This document shows, one piece after another, positions 17,665-26,588 of a stretch of 30,665 nucleotides of DNA (position 1 is its first letter; each line of letters begins with the position of its first letter). The position numbers were made by a program, and so were the translations under genes. The notes beneath the pieces were generated by a model. The model was not told where the DNA came from and did no database searches. It saw only the letters and a program-made list of their open reading frames with translations. This stretch comes from Acutalibacteraceae bacterium (GTDB lineage Bacteria; Bacillota; Clostridia; Oscillospirales; Acutalibacteraceae): positions 1 to 30,665 of the forward strand of contig JAZNNZ010000108.1 of NCBI GenBank assembly GCA_045580525.1, written 5' to 3'.

Positions 17665-18954
17665 TTACTTACCTTCTTCGTTAAAAAATTTTAGAGACCT
17701 TTCACTTAAAAGCATATAACGTTTAAGCTTGTCCCTTTCTTTTATGTTAAGTGGCGGCAAAAGTCCAAACGCTGCCCCCATTGGTTGAAAGTTTTTACTT
17801 TCGGTTTTTATGTGGTTTATAAGACCGCCAAGCATTGTGTATTCGGGTAAGTCAAGCTGTGGTCTATTAAGTATACGGTTTAAAGCGCTGATGCCGCAAA
17901 GCAACCCGTGAGCCGCGCTTTCCATATAGCCCTCAACACCGCTTAATTGTCCCGCAATATACACGTTGGGGTGGTCTTTTAAGCTTAAATCATCATTTAT
18001 AAGAACGGGAGAATTAATAAAACTGTTTCTATGCATAACACCGTAGCGTTCAAACTCTGCATTTTCAAGTCCCGGTATAAGCGAAAAGATTCGTTTTTGT
18101 TCGGGAAACTTCAGGTTGGTTTGAAAGCCCACCATATTATACATATTACCGTTTTTTGTTTCTTTTCTTAGTTGTAAATTAGCATAAGGTCTTTTGCCGG
18201 TGTGTGGGTTTAATAGTCCCACCGGTTTTAAGGGACCAAAACGCATTGTGTCTTTGCCCTTTTTAGCAAGTACCTCTATTGGCACACAGCCTTCATAAAT
18301 TTTATCAAAATCATGCAAAAGGGCAATTTCGCCATTTACAAGCTCGTTATAAAAGGTTTCATATTCTTCTTTGTCCATGGGGCAATTAATATAATCCCCC
18401 TCGTCATCGCTGTAACGCGACGCCACAAAAACCTTATTATAATCTAAACTATCGGCATTTACTATTGGAGCTGCGGCATCATAAAACGAAAGCATATCGC
18501 CACAAAGCTCTTTCAGTTTTTCTGCCATAGCACCTTCGGTTAAAGGACCGGTTGCAATAATGGTAATTTCGTCTTCATCTATTTCGGTTTTTTCTTCAAA
18601 AATAACCTCAATATTTGGATTATTTAATATTTCTTTGGTAATATCAGAAGAAAAGCCATCTCTGTCAACCGCAAGTGCGCCGCCCGCAGGCACTTCGTTT
18701 TTATAAGCAACGGGTACTGTAATTGAGCCTAGTAGCTCCATTTCTTTTTTAAGTAGACCCGCTGCAGAATTGATTCTCTTTGCCTTTAAGGAATTCGAAC
18801 ACACAAGCTCTGCAAAATTATTTGATTTGTGCGCAGGGGAATGCTTTTGTGGCTTTTGTTCATAAAACTTAACCTTTATACCGTTTTTTGCAAGTATGTT
18901 GGCCGCTTCAACGCCGCTAAGTCCCGCGCCTATAACGGTAACCGTTTTATTCAT
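17665..18954 (-). CDS. trmFO: Folate/FAD-dependent tRNA (uracil-54) methyltransferase TrmFO (Gid)
   Basis: VIGAGLSG, ELVCSNSL, GALAVDR, IIATGPLT, GFQTNLK, RYGVMHRN, AGQLSGVEGY. Start placed at the ATG overlapping the topA stop (ATGAATAA). Confidence 0.96.
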   Translation of the reverse strand: MNKTVTVIGAGLSGVEAANILAKNGIKVKFYEQKPQKHSPAHKSNNFAELVCSNSLKAKRINSAAGLLKKEMELLGSITVPVAYKNEVPAGGALAVDRDGFSSDITKEILNNPNIEVIFEEKTEIDEDEITIIATGPLTEGAMAEKLKELCGDMLSFYDAAAPIVNADSLDYNKVFVASRYSDDEGDYINCPMDKEEYETFYNELVNGEIALLHDFDKIYEGCVPIEVLAKKGKDTMRFGPLKPVGLLNPHTGKRPYANLQLRKETKNGNMYNMVGFQTNLKFPEQKRIFSLIPGLENAEFERYGVMHRNSFINSPVLINDDLSLKDHPNVYIAGQLSGVEGYMESAAHGLLCGISALNRILNRPQLDLPEYTMLGGLINHIKTESKNFQPMGAAFGLLPPLNIKERDKLKRYMLLSERSLKFFNEEGK

Positions 18955-21040
18955 TACCTTCTGCCTTTTTGTTAGATTTATAATCTCTTGTAGGGCACTC
19001 ACTGTTAATGCAATACTTTCTTCCGCGAATACCCTTTAGCATAAAGCCGCCGCAGGTAGGACATTTTTCGCCCGTGGGTAGGCTTGGTGCTGCAAAATCA
19101 CACTCAGGATAGTTGGTGCAACCGTAGAATTTTTTGCCTTTTTTACTTATACGAGAAACTAATTTTGAACCGCATTTTGGACAGGGTTCTTTAATTTCGT
19201 TTTCGGGTAATGGTTTGGTTGTTTTACATTCGGGGTAACCGGGACAAGCCAAGAACTTGCCAAAACGACCTGATTTTATAACCATCTTTTTGCCGCAATT
19301 GGGGCAAACTTCTTCTGTTTCTTCTGCAGGAATATCTACTCTTTTACCTTCCATTGTGTTTTCTGCCGCCTTTAATTGTTTTTCAAAATCTCTATAGAAT
19401 TTATCAACAGGGCCGGTCCAAATAAGACCGCCTTCTTCAATAATATCGAGATCCTTTTCCATAGATGCTGTAAATTTAACGTCTATGATTTTCGAGAAAT
19501 TCTTTTCTAATAGTTCAATAACAACTCTACCTAAGTTTGTTGGCTTTAACGCCTTCTTTTCGCGCTCAATATAATTACGGGTTAAAATGTTTGCAAGTAT
19601 TGGCGCATAGGTTGAAGGTCTGCCAATGCCATTTTCATCTAAAAACTTAATAAGGGTTGGTTCTGTAAAACGTGCGGGTGGCTGTGTAAAATGCTGACTG
19701 GGTTCAATTTTTTCGCATTTTAGGCCATCGCCCATCGCTAAAGCCGGAAGCTTTGCGGTTTTGGCTTCTGCTTCATCCTTACCTTCAACATATAAAACAG
19801 TAAAACCGTCAAAATGGGTTTTGCTTTCACTGGCTTTAAATAAATAATCGTTTGCAACAATATCAACCGCAATATCGTTTGTTATTCTTTCTGCCATTAA
19901 TGATGCTATAAAACGCTCCCAGATTAACTTGTAAAGCTTATATTGTTCTGTACTCAAGCTATTTTTAACGCTATCCGGTGTAAGCATGGGGTTAGTGGGT
20001 CTTATTGCTTCGTGAGCATCCTGTGCGGATGAACGAGATTTAAAGTATCTTGGCTTTTTGGGTAAATAGTTTTCACCAAAGCTTTTTACAATAAGCTCGT
20101 TTGCAACACGTCTTGCTTCTTCTGAAATGCGCAACGAGTCGGTTCTCATATAGGTAATCAAACCGGTAGTACCTTCACCCAAAATATCAATACCTTCATA
20201 AAGCTGTTGAGCAATTCTCATTGTTCTTTGTGCGGTAAATGATAATTTTCTGGAGGCTTCTTGTTGCATGGTGGAGGTGGTAAACGGAGCCGCCGGCTGA
20301 TGCTTCTTTTGTGATTCTTTAATAGAATCAACCACAAACTCACCGTTTTCAATATTCTTTATAATTTCATGAGCTTCGGCTTCGGTATTAATTTCAACCT
20401 TACCGTTTTTAGTACCGTAGAATTTTGCAACAAAGCTCTTTCTGTCCTTTTTTAAAGTAGCGTCAATATTCCAGAATTCTTGCGGCAGGAATGCTTCTAT
20501 TTCTTTTTCGCGGTCTACAATAAGTCTTAAAGCAACGCTTTGTACTCTACCTGCAGAAAGGCCGCTTTTAACCTTTTTCCATAAAAACGGACTTAATTTA
20601 TAGCCCACTATTCTATCTAAAACGCGTCTTGCTTGTTGAGCGTCAACCAGATTTAAATTTAATTTTCTGGGGGACGCCATACCCAAGCTAACACCGCTTT
20701 TGGTAATTTCGTTAAAGCAAACGCGGTTTTCTTCTTCTAAAGAAAGTCCAAGTATGTGCGCTAAATGCCAACTTATAGCCTCACCTTCGCGGTCGGGGTC
20801 GGTTGCAAGATATACAAACTCGGCCTTTTCGGCAGCATCCTTTAATTTTTTAATAAGGTCTTTCTTTTCGGGCATATTGCGGTAATCGGGCGCATAATTT
20901 TTATCTACACTGATACCAAAACGAGATTTTGGTAAATCTCTGATATGTCCCATAGATGCCATTACATCATAGTTAGAACCTAAATATTTTTTAATGCTTT
21001 TAACCTTGGTTGGGGATTCAACTATAACAAGCTTAGACAA
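18947..21040 (-). CDS. topA: DNA topoisomerase I (type IA) with three C-terminal zinc ribbons, TTG start
   Basis: LVIVESP, ATDPDREGE, SAGRVQS, LITYMRTDS, GIGRPSTYA, CPNC/CPKC/CPTC repeats. Confidence 0.98.
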   Translation of the reverse strand: MSKLVIVESPTKVKSIKKYLGSNYDVMASMGHIRDLPKSRFGISVDKNYAPDYRNMPEKKDLIKKLKDAAEKAEFVYLATDPDREGEAISWHLAHILGLSLEEENRVCFNEITKSGVSLGMASPRKLNLNLVDAQQARRVLDRIVGYKLSPFLWKKVKSGLSAGRVQSVALRLIVDREKEIEAFLPQEFWNIDATLKKDRKSFVAKFYGTKNGKVEINTEAEAHEIIKNIENGEFVVDSIKESQKKHQPAAPFTTSTMQQEASRKLSFTAQRTMRIAQQLYEGIDILGEGTTGLITYMRTDSLRISEEARRVANELIVKSFGENYLPKKPRYFKSRSSAQDAHEAIRPTNPMLTPDSVKNSLSTEQYKLYKLIWERFIASLMAERITNDIAVDIVANDYLFKASESKTHFDGFTVLYVEGKDEAEAKTAKLPALAMGDGLKCEKIEPSQHFTQPPARFTEPTLIKFLDENGIGRPSTYAPILANILTRNYIEREKKALKPTNLGRVVIELLEKNFSKIIDVKFTASMEKDLDIIEEGGLIWTGPVDKFYRDFEKQLKAAENTMEGKRVDIPAEETEEVCPNCGKKMVIKSGRFGKFLACPGYPECKTTKPLPENEIKEPCPKCGSKLVSRISKKGKKFYGCTNYPECDFAAPSLPTGEKCPTCGGFMLKGIRGRKYCINSECPTRDYKSNKKAEGNE

Positions 21041-21053
21041 TTTATATTTCTCC

Positions 21054-21881
21054 TTATTCTATACTTTGACTAACAATTTCATACCTACCCATTGGCGCTT
21101 TTTTAATTACACCCTTTATGGTAAGCGTGAACAAAGCCATAGTAAGTTCATCTTCTTCTAATTCACAATTATTTAATATGCTGTCATATTCCATTATATA
21201 ATCAGTGAAGGTATTATACACCTTTACCGCATTACTTGGCAAGTTAATTTTTAAGGGCGGCAATTTAAACGACTGGTTATCGAATAAAAATACCGTTTGC
21301 TTATTTATACTTTTAGCATATTCTAAAATCTTGTTGCTTCGGCTGTTATCTTTAATTTCAGAAAACACCAAAATATCGCAAAGCTTAACTAAAAGCTCGT
21401 TTTTAAATTTAAAATATTCTTTTTTGCTTGGTGTGCCGGGGTAAAACTCTGATATTGCATTAGTGTTTGCATCAAAATTACCGTCATACATAACCATTAC
21501 TGCGCTTTTAGCGTATTTAGCGGTTAATTCTTCGGTTTCACCCTTATCGCCGCATATAACGGTGTTTTCGGTTAAATTTAAAGCCTTTACAAAGCCTTCA
21601 AGCTTAAGCGCGGTTTTTTCGTCAATATTACTTGGTCCCGCAAAACCGAATATTTTACCTTTAAATTTTACGTCGCCCTTAATATAAAGCACGGGCGGTA
21701 GATCTTTGCGACGGGTAAGGTGTATTTTTACACCCTTTTCTTTACATATATTAATAATTTCTTCTGCTTTTTTATAGGTTTCTTCACAAAAGTCGGTATT
21801 AAACTCTTTTTCAATATCTAACCCCGTTTTGTTAAAGCCTTTCTTTATGGTTACGTAAACCGCCTTTAAAAGCTCACTCAT
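21054..21881 (-). CDS. dprA: Divergent DprA/Smf-like protein
   Basis: Position upstream of topA; PPVLYIKG, ISEFYPGT, C-terminal winged helix (L..L..KG.I....G.Y). Most core motifs are degenerate. Confidence 0.7.
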   Translation of the reverse strand: MSELLKAVYVTIKKGFNKTGLDIEKEFNTDFCEETYKKAEEIINICKEKGVKIHLTRRKDLPPVLYIKGDVKFKGKIFGFAGPSNIDEKTALKLEGFVKALNLTENTVICGDKGETEELTAKYAKSAVMVMYDGNFDANTNAISEFYPGTPSKKEYFKFKNELLVKLCDILVFSEIKDNSRSNKILEYAKSINKQTVFLFDNQSFKLPPLKINLPSNAVKVYNTFTDYIMEYDSILNNCELEEDELTMALFTLTIKGVIKKAPMGRYEIVSQSIE

Positions 21882-22600
21882 TTAACCATCTCCCAAGCAA
21901 TAATGCTTGAAGCCGCCGCTGCATTTAAGCTTTCTGCACGACCTGCCATTTTTATGGTTACAAGCTCATTGCAAATTGCTTTGGCTTGTTCTGTTAAACC
22001 GTTAGCTTCGTTGCCAATAAGCACAATATCTGCGCCAAATTCAAAATCTTTAATGCTCTTTGCATTTGTAACAACCGTACCTACTATGCGTTTGCCGCTG
22101 GAAGCTATATATTCTAGCAGGTCGGTTTGTTCAATTATTGGTAAACGCAAAATTGCGCCCATAGATGCACGAAGCACCTTTGGGGAAAACGGGTCTACAC
22201 CCTTTACAATAAGACCATCAATGCCAAGTGCTTCTGCTGTACGTGCAACCGTTCCCAAATTGCCGGGGTCTTGAATGTTTTCAAACGCCAAGTATTTGCC
22301 ATCTACTTTTAAGGTGGTATCTAACTTTGGTCTTGCTACTACAGCAATTACGCCCTGCGGATTTATGGTATCGGAAAGCTTTTTAAAAACTTCGGGGGTT
22401 ACTTCTTCGTAAAAGCAAGCGCGCGAAACAAGTGCCTCATTATAGGCTTTTTCGGTATAATAAAGCTCTTCAATTTTTTCTGCTTCTAAGCATAGTCTTT
22501 CGCCTTCTAAAACCATAAGGCCGGTTTCTTTTCTGAGCTTTGCAGAAGATACAAGCTTTGCAACCTTTTTTATACGTTCGTTATTTACGCTGCTTATCAT
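21878..22600 (-). CDS. TrmH/SpoU-family RNA 2'-O-methyltransferase
   Basis: EGERL, PQGVIAV, ENIQDPGNLGTVARTA, VLRASMGA, IGNEANGL, AESLNAAAAS; RBS GGGGG before ATG 22600. Confidence 0.93.
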   Translation of the reverse strand: MISSVNNERIKKVAKLVSSAKLRKETGLMVLEGERLCLEAEKIEELYYTEKAYNEALVSRACFYEEVTPEVFKKLSDTINPQGVIAVVARPKLDTTLKVDGKYLAFENIQDPGNLGTVARTAEALGIDGLIVKGVDPFSPKVLRASMGAILRLPIIEQTDLLEYIASSGKRIVGTVVTNAKSIKDFEFGADIVLIGNEANGLTEQAKAICNELVTIKMAGRAESLNAAAASSIIAWEMVK

Positions 22601-22691
22601 ATATTTACCCCCAAACATATTAATTTTACATTATATAAAACAAAAAATAAAGCAAAAAATGCTACCTGTTTTTTAAATTTTCTTTAAGCAG

Positions 22692-22731
22692 AAAAAAGCA
22701 GACTTACGCACACACGCGTGCGTAAGTCTGT
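22692..22731 (-). terminator. Intrinsic terminator of infC-rpmI-rplT
   Basis: CAGACTTACGCAC/GTGCGTAAGTCTG 13-bp stem followed by CTTTTTT on the minus strand. Confidence 0.9.
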
Positions 22732-22736
22732 TTGAA

Positions 22737-23096
22737 TTATTTACCTAATGCTTTAGAAGCAGTTTTTACTAATGAAGCAAAACCTTTTGCATCGTTAACT
22801 GCCATATCAGCAAGCATCTTTCTGTTAATTGTAACGCCTGCCTTTTTAAGACCGTTCATGAAGGTTGAGTAGTTCATACCGTTCATTTTTGCTGCTGCAG
22901 AAATACGGGTAATCCATAGTCTGCGGAAATCTCTCTTCTTTAATCTACGACCGATGTATGCGTAGTTATAAGATTTCATAACAGCTTCTTTAGCTGTTTT
23001 AAATAGCTTCGATTTTGCGCCAAAATAACCTTTGGCAAGTTTTAATACTTTCTTTCTTCTTCTGCGAGTTGTAACTGCGCCTTTAATACGTGCCAT
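22737..23096 (-). CDS. rplT: 50S ribosomal protein L20
   Basis: [45 protein letters not shown]. Confidence 0.99.
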   Translation of the reverse strand: MARIKGAVTTRRRRKKVLKLAKGYFGAKSKLFKTAKEAVMKSYNYAYIGRRLKKRDFRRLWITRISAAAKMNGMNYSTFMNGLKKAGVTINRKMLADMAVNDAKGFASLVKTASKALGK

Positions 23097-23112
23097 CTTA
23101 TGTTACCTCCGT

Positions 23113-23310
23113 TTATTTATAAGGAATCATTTTCTTTATCGCTGCAACGTTAGTAGCATCGGCAACGACAGTTTTGCGAAGATTTCTTAGTCTTTTAGTT
23201 GTTTTCTTGTTTAAAATGTGAGATTTATAAGCGTGTGCTCTTTTTACCTTACCGTTTTTGGTTAGCTTAAAGCGTTTCTTTGCACCGCTATGTGTTTTAA
23301 TTTTAGGCAT
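23113..23310 (-). CDS. rpmI: 50S ribosomal protein L35
   Basis: [23 protein letters not shown]...HIL.KK..KR.R.LR. Confidence 0.99.
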   Translation of the reverse strand: MPKIKTHSGAKKRFKLTKNGKVKRAHAYKSHILNKKTTKRLRNLRKTVVADATNVAAIKKMIPYK

Positions 23311-23323
23311 TTTTATTTCCTCC

Positions 23324-23845
23324 TTAATTTTTCTTAGAACGTGGGGCTAAAAACATTAGCATATTTCTGCCTTCCATTTTTGCCGGTTTTTCAACGTTTG
23401 CAAACTCTTCACAAGCTTCTGCAAAACGATTCATATTTTCTAAACCGATTTCGGGGTGGCCTAATTCTCTACCGCGAAAGCGAATTGAAACCTTAACCTT
23501 GTTGCCGCTTTGTAAAAACTTAACGGCGTGTTTAACCTTGGTATTAAAATCGTGAACGTCGGTTGAAAGACCAAGTCTGATTTCTTTTGTTTCAACAACC
23601 TTTTGGTTTTTGCGCATTTCTTTTTCTTTTTTTGCCTGCTCATATCTGTGTTTGTTATAGTCCATAATTTTACAAACAACAGGTGTAGCATTGGGAGCAA
23701 TTATAACGAGGTCCAACTCTCTTTCCTGAGCAATTTTAAGAGCCTTTTCGGTTTCCATAATACCCAGCTGATTACCTTCAGAATCAATAACTCTTATTTC
23801 TTGTTCTGTAATTTCCTCGTTAATTGGTAGTTCTTGTTTGCTAAT
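23324..23845 (-). CDS. infC: Translation initiation factor IF-3, AUU start codon
   Basis: [47 protein letters not shown], then 7 nt, then in-frame ATT at 23845. Confidence 0.96.
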   Translation of the reverse strand: MSKQELPINEEITEQEIRVIDSEGNQLGIMETEKALKIAQERELDLVIIAPNATPVVCKIMDYNKHRYEQAKKEKEMRKNQKVVETKEIRLGLSTDVHDFNTKVKHAVKFLQSGNKVKVSIRFRGRELGHPEIGLENMNRFAEACEEFANVEKPAKMEGRNMLMFLAPRSKKN

Positions 23846-23859
23846 GTAAATACACCTCC

Positions 23860-23991
23860 AAAAATAAATAAACACGGACAATATTTATACCGTCCGTGCA
23901 AAAAGCTTAAAAAACCCTTATAAAAGGTTTAAACATTTTGACCCTTTAAGACGGAACCATGAGGGTGAGAGATAAACTCTGCTTTATTGTC
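23860..23991 (-). ncRNA. L20 leader (ribosomal-protein autoregulatory 5' UTR) with terminator
   Basis: AAGC-AGAG-tttat-CTCT-CACC...GGGT pattern as in Firmicutes L20 leaders; CACGGAC/GTCCGTG hairpin (23873-23898) plus U-tract just before the infC RBS. Confidence 0.75.
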
Positions 23992-23997
23992 TAATAT

Positions 23998-24025
23998 ATT
24001 TTAACACATATTTTGAATTTGTCAA
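23998..24025 (-). promoter_or_regulatory. Sigma-A promoter of the infC operon
   Basis: TTGACA (24025-24020), 16-nt spacer, extended -10 TG-n-TAAAAT (24003-23998). Confidence 0.8.
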
Positions 24026-24035
24026 GCATTTTTTA

Positions 24036-24068
24036 ATAAAAAACGACCGCACAGATTTTGTGCGGTCG
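24036..24068 (-). terminator. Intrinsic terminator ending the carbohydrate ABC cluster
   Basis: CGACCGCACA/TGTGCGGTCG 10-bp stem followed by a T6 tract on the minus strand. Confidence 0.88.
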
Positions 24069-24087
24069 AAAATTAACAAGCTATAAA

Positions 24088-25512
24088 TTATCTTGCGTTT
24101 TTAAGTTGAGAATTTGCTCTCTTTACGCTGCTTGGGAAACGAGATTTATATTTGTTAATAATAGTTGTTTGTTGTGCAGGAGCTGCACCGGCTAGGTCAT
24201 CACAGAAATTCTTGTATTCACCAGCTGTGCTGTAATCCATAACACCACTTGTAACTAAAACTTGTTTCTTTGCAGTTTTGCTTGTAACAATATTATAAAC
24301 TTCTTTGAATTGAGTATTGTAGAAGGTCTTATCCATATCGCAGTTAGCAGGATCTAAGAAATATCTTAAGAAGTATGCAGCAGCTGCTGGGTTTTTAGCA
24401 CCCTTTGCAACGCCCCAAACCTTAGGACGAACAGGTGTGTATGCAGTACCGCCTGCAGGACCGGGAACGGGAACAGCCTTTAATGCACCAACGCCGCCTT
24501 TTGTGGTAACGTTATCAAACCAGCCGCCTTCGTTATATAGACCGAAAGCAATAGCGCTGAAAATACCGGTAGTACCGTTGGAAATACCTTGTGGGTTCCA
24601 GGTTTTAACTAGGTTATCAGCCATTAATGTTGAAACTTCGTTCCAAGCTGCTGTGATGGTCTTTGTTTTGTTTGCATCGTCTAGGTTGTTAGAGAATTCT
24701 TTGCCGTTATATGATAAGAAGTCAACACCGCTACTTAACATATATAGGTCATAAGATTGTAGGCTCATACCGGAATAGTTAGAACCTTTTTTGGAAACTG
24801 CAGTTGCAATATTCTTTGCTTCTGTCCAGTTCCATTTACCCTGTTTGTATAGGGTGTAAGGATCAGATAAACCAGCTAGAGTGTTGGGGTTATAGTATGT
24901 AACGTAGTTACAGTCTTCTGTTGCCCAAGCACCGTTGATTGCAACAGCAAAGTATTTGCCGTTTACAGAGTAAGAATCCATATAAGGTTTGTACCAAATG
25001 GGATCTGCTAGCTTAAAGGTTGTATCCTTTAAAGATTGTAGTGCTTTTACTACAAAGCCCGGGAAGTCGTCTGAGTTAAAGCAAACAACGTCGGGAGAGT
25101 CTTTACCGGAAATTAAAGATGTTAGCTTTGTTGCATACTCAGCTTCGGTAGTAACTGTAGTTCTGATTTTAATACCGGTTTTCTTTTGGAAAGAATCTAC
25201 TAAAGCTTTTTCTGTGGGTGTATATTGACGCCACATAATAACGTGTAGATTTGAACCGCCAAATTGTTCTTTTGCTGCTGCAACGTAGTCAGCCTCAAAA
25301 GTTGTGCTGCCAGAGTCACCTGCGTTGCCGCCCTGTTGGCCACCTTGTTGACCACCTTGTTGGCCGCCTTGTTGAGTGTCGTCGCCACCAACATTGCCAA
25401 CATCGCTACCTGTGCCGGCAGGGTTATTGCCACAAGCAGTAAACACCATTGTTAAAGCAAGCAACAAGCAAAGAACAACGCTGATTTTTTTAGCAATTTC
25501 TAATGCTTTCAT
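24088..25512 (-). CDS. Family-1 extracellular solute-binding lipoprotein (carbohydrate ABC)
   Basis: Signal peptide with lipobox FTAC (Cys27), low-complexity linker, F.KKTGIKI...KL...I.G.DSPDV, DPYTLYKQGKWNW; RBS GGAGG. Confidence 0.9.
   Translation of the reverse strand: MKALEIAKKISVVLCLLLALTMVFTACGNNPAGTGSDVGNVGGDDTQQGGQQGGQQGGQQGGNAGDSGSTTFEADYVAAAKEQFGGSNLHVIMWRQYTPTEKALVDSFQKKTGIKIRTTVTTEAEYATKLTSLISGKDSPDVVCFNSDDFPGFVVKALQSLKDTTFKLADPIWYKPYMDSYSVNGKYFAVAINGAWATEDCNYVTYYNPNTLAGLSDPYTLYKQGKWNWTEAKNIATAVSKKGSNYSGMSLQSYDLYMLSSGVDFLSYNGKEFSNNLDDANKTKTITAAWNEVSTLMADNLVKTWNPQGISNGTTGIFSAIAFGLYNEGGWFDNVTTKGGVGALKAVPVPGPAGGTAYTPVRPKVWGVAKGAKNPAAAAYFLRYFLDPANCDMDKTFYNTQFKEVYNIVTSKTAKKQVLVTSGVMDYSTAGEYKNFCDDLAGAAPAQQTTIINKYKSRFPSSVKRANSQLKNAR
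25327..25374 (-). repeat. 4 x 12-bp tandem repeat encoding (QQGG)4
   Basis: Plus strand GCCGCCCTGTTG/GCCACCTTGTTG/ACCACCTTGTTG/GCCGCCTTGTTG. Confidence 0.95.
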
Positions 25513-25578
25513 TGTGTTTTTTCCTCCAATTTTATATTTATAAAATACTGTATTTAATACAATTTTTATACTAATATT

Positions 25579-26574
25579 TTAACCTACAATACCTACTCTG
25601 TCAACACTTTGAATGAATTTCTTCTGCATGAAGATAAACATGATTAAGACAGGTAAAATGTAAAGTAAGCAGGCAGCAGATGTTGGACCTGCCGCAGAGT
25701 CAAAAGCAAGACCTTGAGTCTCTAAAACGCTACCAATACCCGCTAATGCTACAGATAGTGGGAAGTCTGTCTGGAAGTATAAAACAGATAGGTAATATTC
25801 GTTCCAGTGCCAGATTATTGAGAATATTGTAACGGTTGTAAATACAACGCCGGAAGAAGGAATAATAACGCTTAAGAAGGTCTTAATGGGACCCGCGCCA
25901 TCAATATAAGCGGCTTCTTCCAATTCTTTAGGTAAGCCTAAGAAGAACTGACGGTAAATAAAGATAAATATACCCGAACGAAGACCTACTGCAAAAAGTG
26001 ATGGCAGATAGAAAGTAAGGGGTGTATTTGTTACGTCAATAACAAACTCGGGGTTACCAAAAAGTCCACCGATAAGGTTTGTAAGTCCAAAGAAATCCAT
26101 AAACCTGAAGTTAAGATATAACGGAATAGATAAAACCTGTACGGGAACAATTGCGGTTAAAAGCACAAGACCAAACAATACGCCTTGACCTTTAAACTTA
26201 AATCTTGCAAAGCCATAGGCTACTACCGCGCAAGAGAAAACCTCTATCATAGCGGAAACTATGCCAACAATAAGTGTTTGAGACAGACCGTTAAGGTAAT
26301 CAAGAGAATTCCATGCCACCTCTAGATTATATGTAGTAGGATGACGGGCAATCCAGATAACGCTTGGGTCTAAAATATCACCGTGTGACATAAGTGTATA
26401 GGCAATCATTGCAAACAAAGGATAAACAATAATGTAACCTACAGAAATTAAGAACACTAAACGAACAATTGTAACCAAAACGTCTTTAACCTTGTTTTGA
26501 ACCTTATTACGATTAAGTCTTTTAACAGCTTCGCTTTGCTCGGGAATAACAATTTTTGTATTTTCTTGTGTCAT
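25579..26574 (-). CDS. Carbohydrate ABC permease (MalG/CUT1-type)
   Basis: AYGFARFKFKG, EAA loop GLPKELEEAAYIDGAG..KTF, WHWNEYY, FIQSVDRVGIVG. Confidence 0.94.
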   Translation of the reverse strand: MTQENTKIVIPEQSEAVKRLNRNKVQNKVKDVLVTIVRLVFLISVGYIIVYPLFAMIAYTLMSHGDILDPSVIWIARHPTTYNLEVAWNSLDYLNGLSQTLIVGIVSAMIEVFSCAVVAYGFARFKFKGQGVLFGLVLLTAIVPVQVLSIPLYLNFRFMDFFGLTNLIGGLFGNPEFVIDVTNTPLTFYLPSLFAVGLRSGIFIFIYRQFFLGLPKELEEAAYIDGAGPIKTFLSVIIPSSGVVFTTVTIFSIIWHWNEYYLSVLYFQTDFPLSVALAGIGSVLETQGLAFDSAAGPTSAACLLYILPVLIMFIFMQKKFIQSVDRVGIVG

Positions 26575-26588
26575 CTTTTGTTACCCCC

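Noticed and set aside
18955-19002. Extended trmFO N-terminus, and likewise the longer ORF-track starts for the radical SAM gene, TrmH methylase and infC
   Set aside because: SD positions and homologous N-termini support the downstream starts at 18954, 15964, 22600 and 23845.
22621-22660. Promoter for the TrmH-dprA-topA block (TATAAT at 22635-22630 minus)
   Set aside because: The nearest -35-like hexamer (TTGCTT) is only 14 nt away. A promoter is plausible here but not supportable as a feature.
3924-22718. Similar CGCACAC(AC)GCG strings in the tRNA and rplT terminator loops
   Set aside because: Only two short, non-identical copies with different stems; not enough for a repeat family or binding motif.
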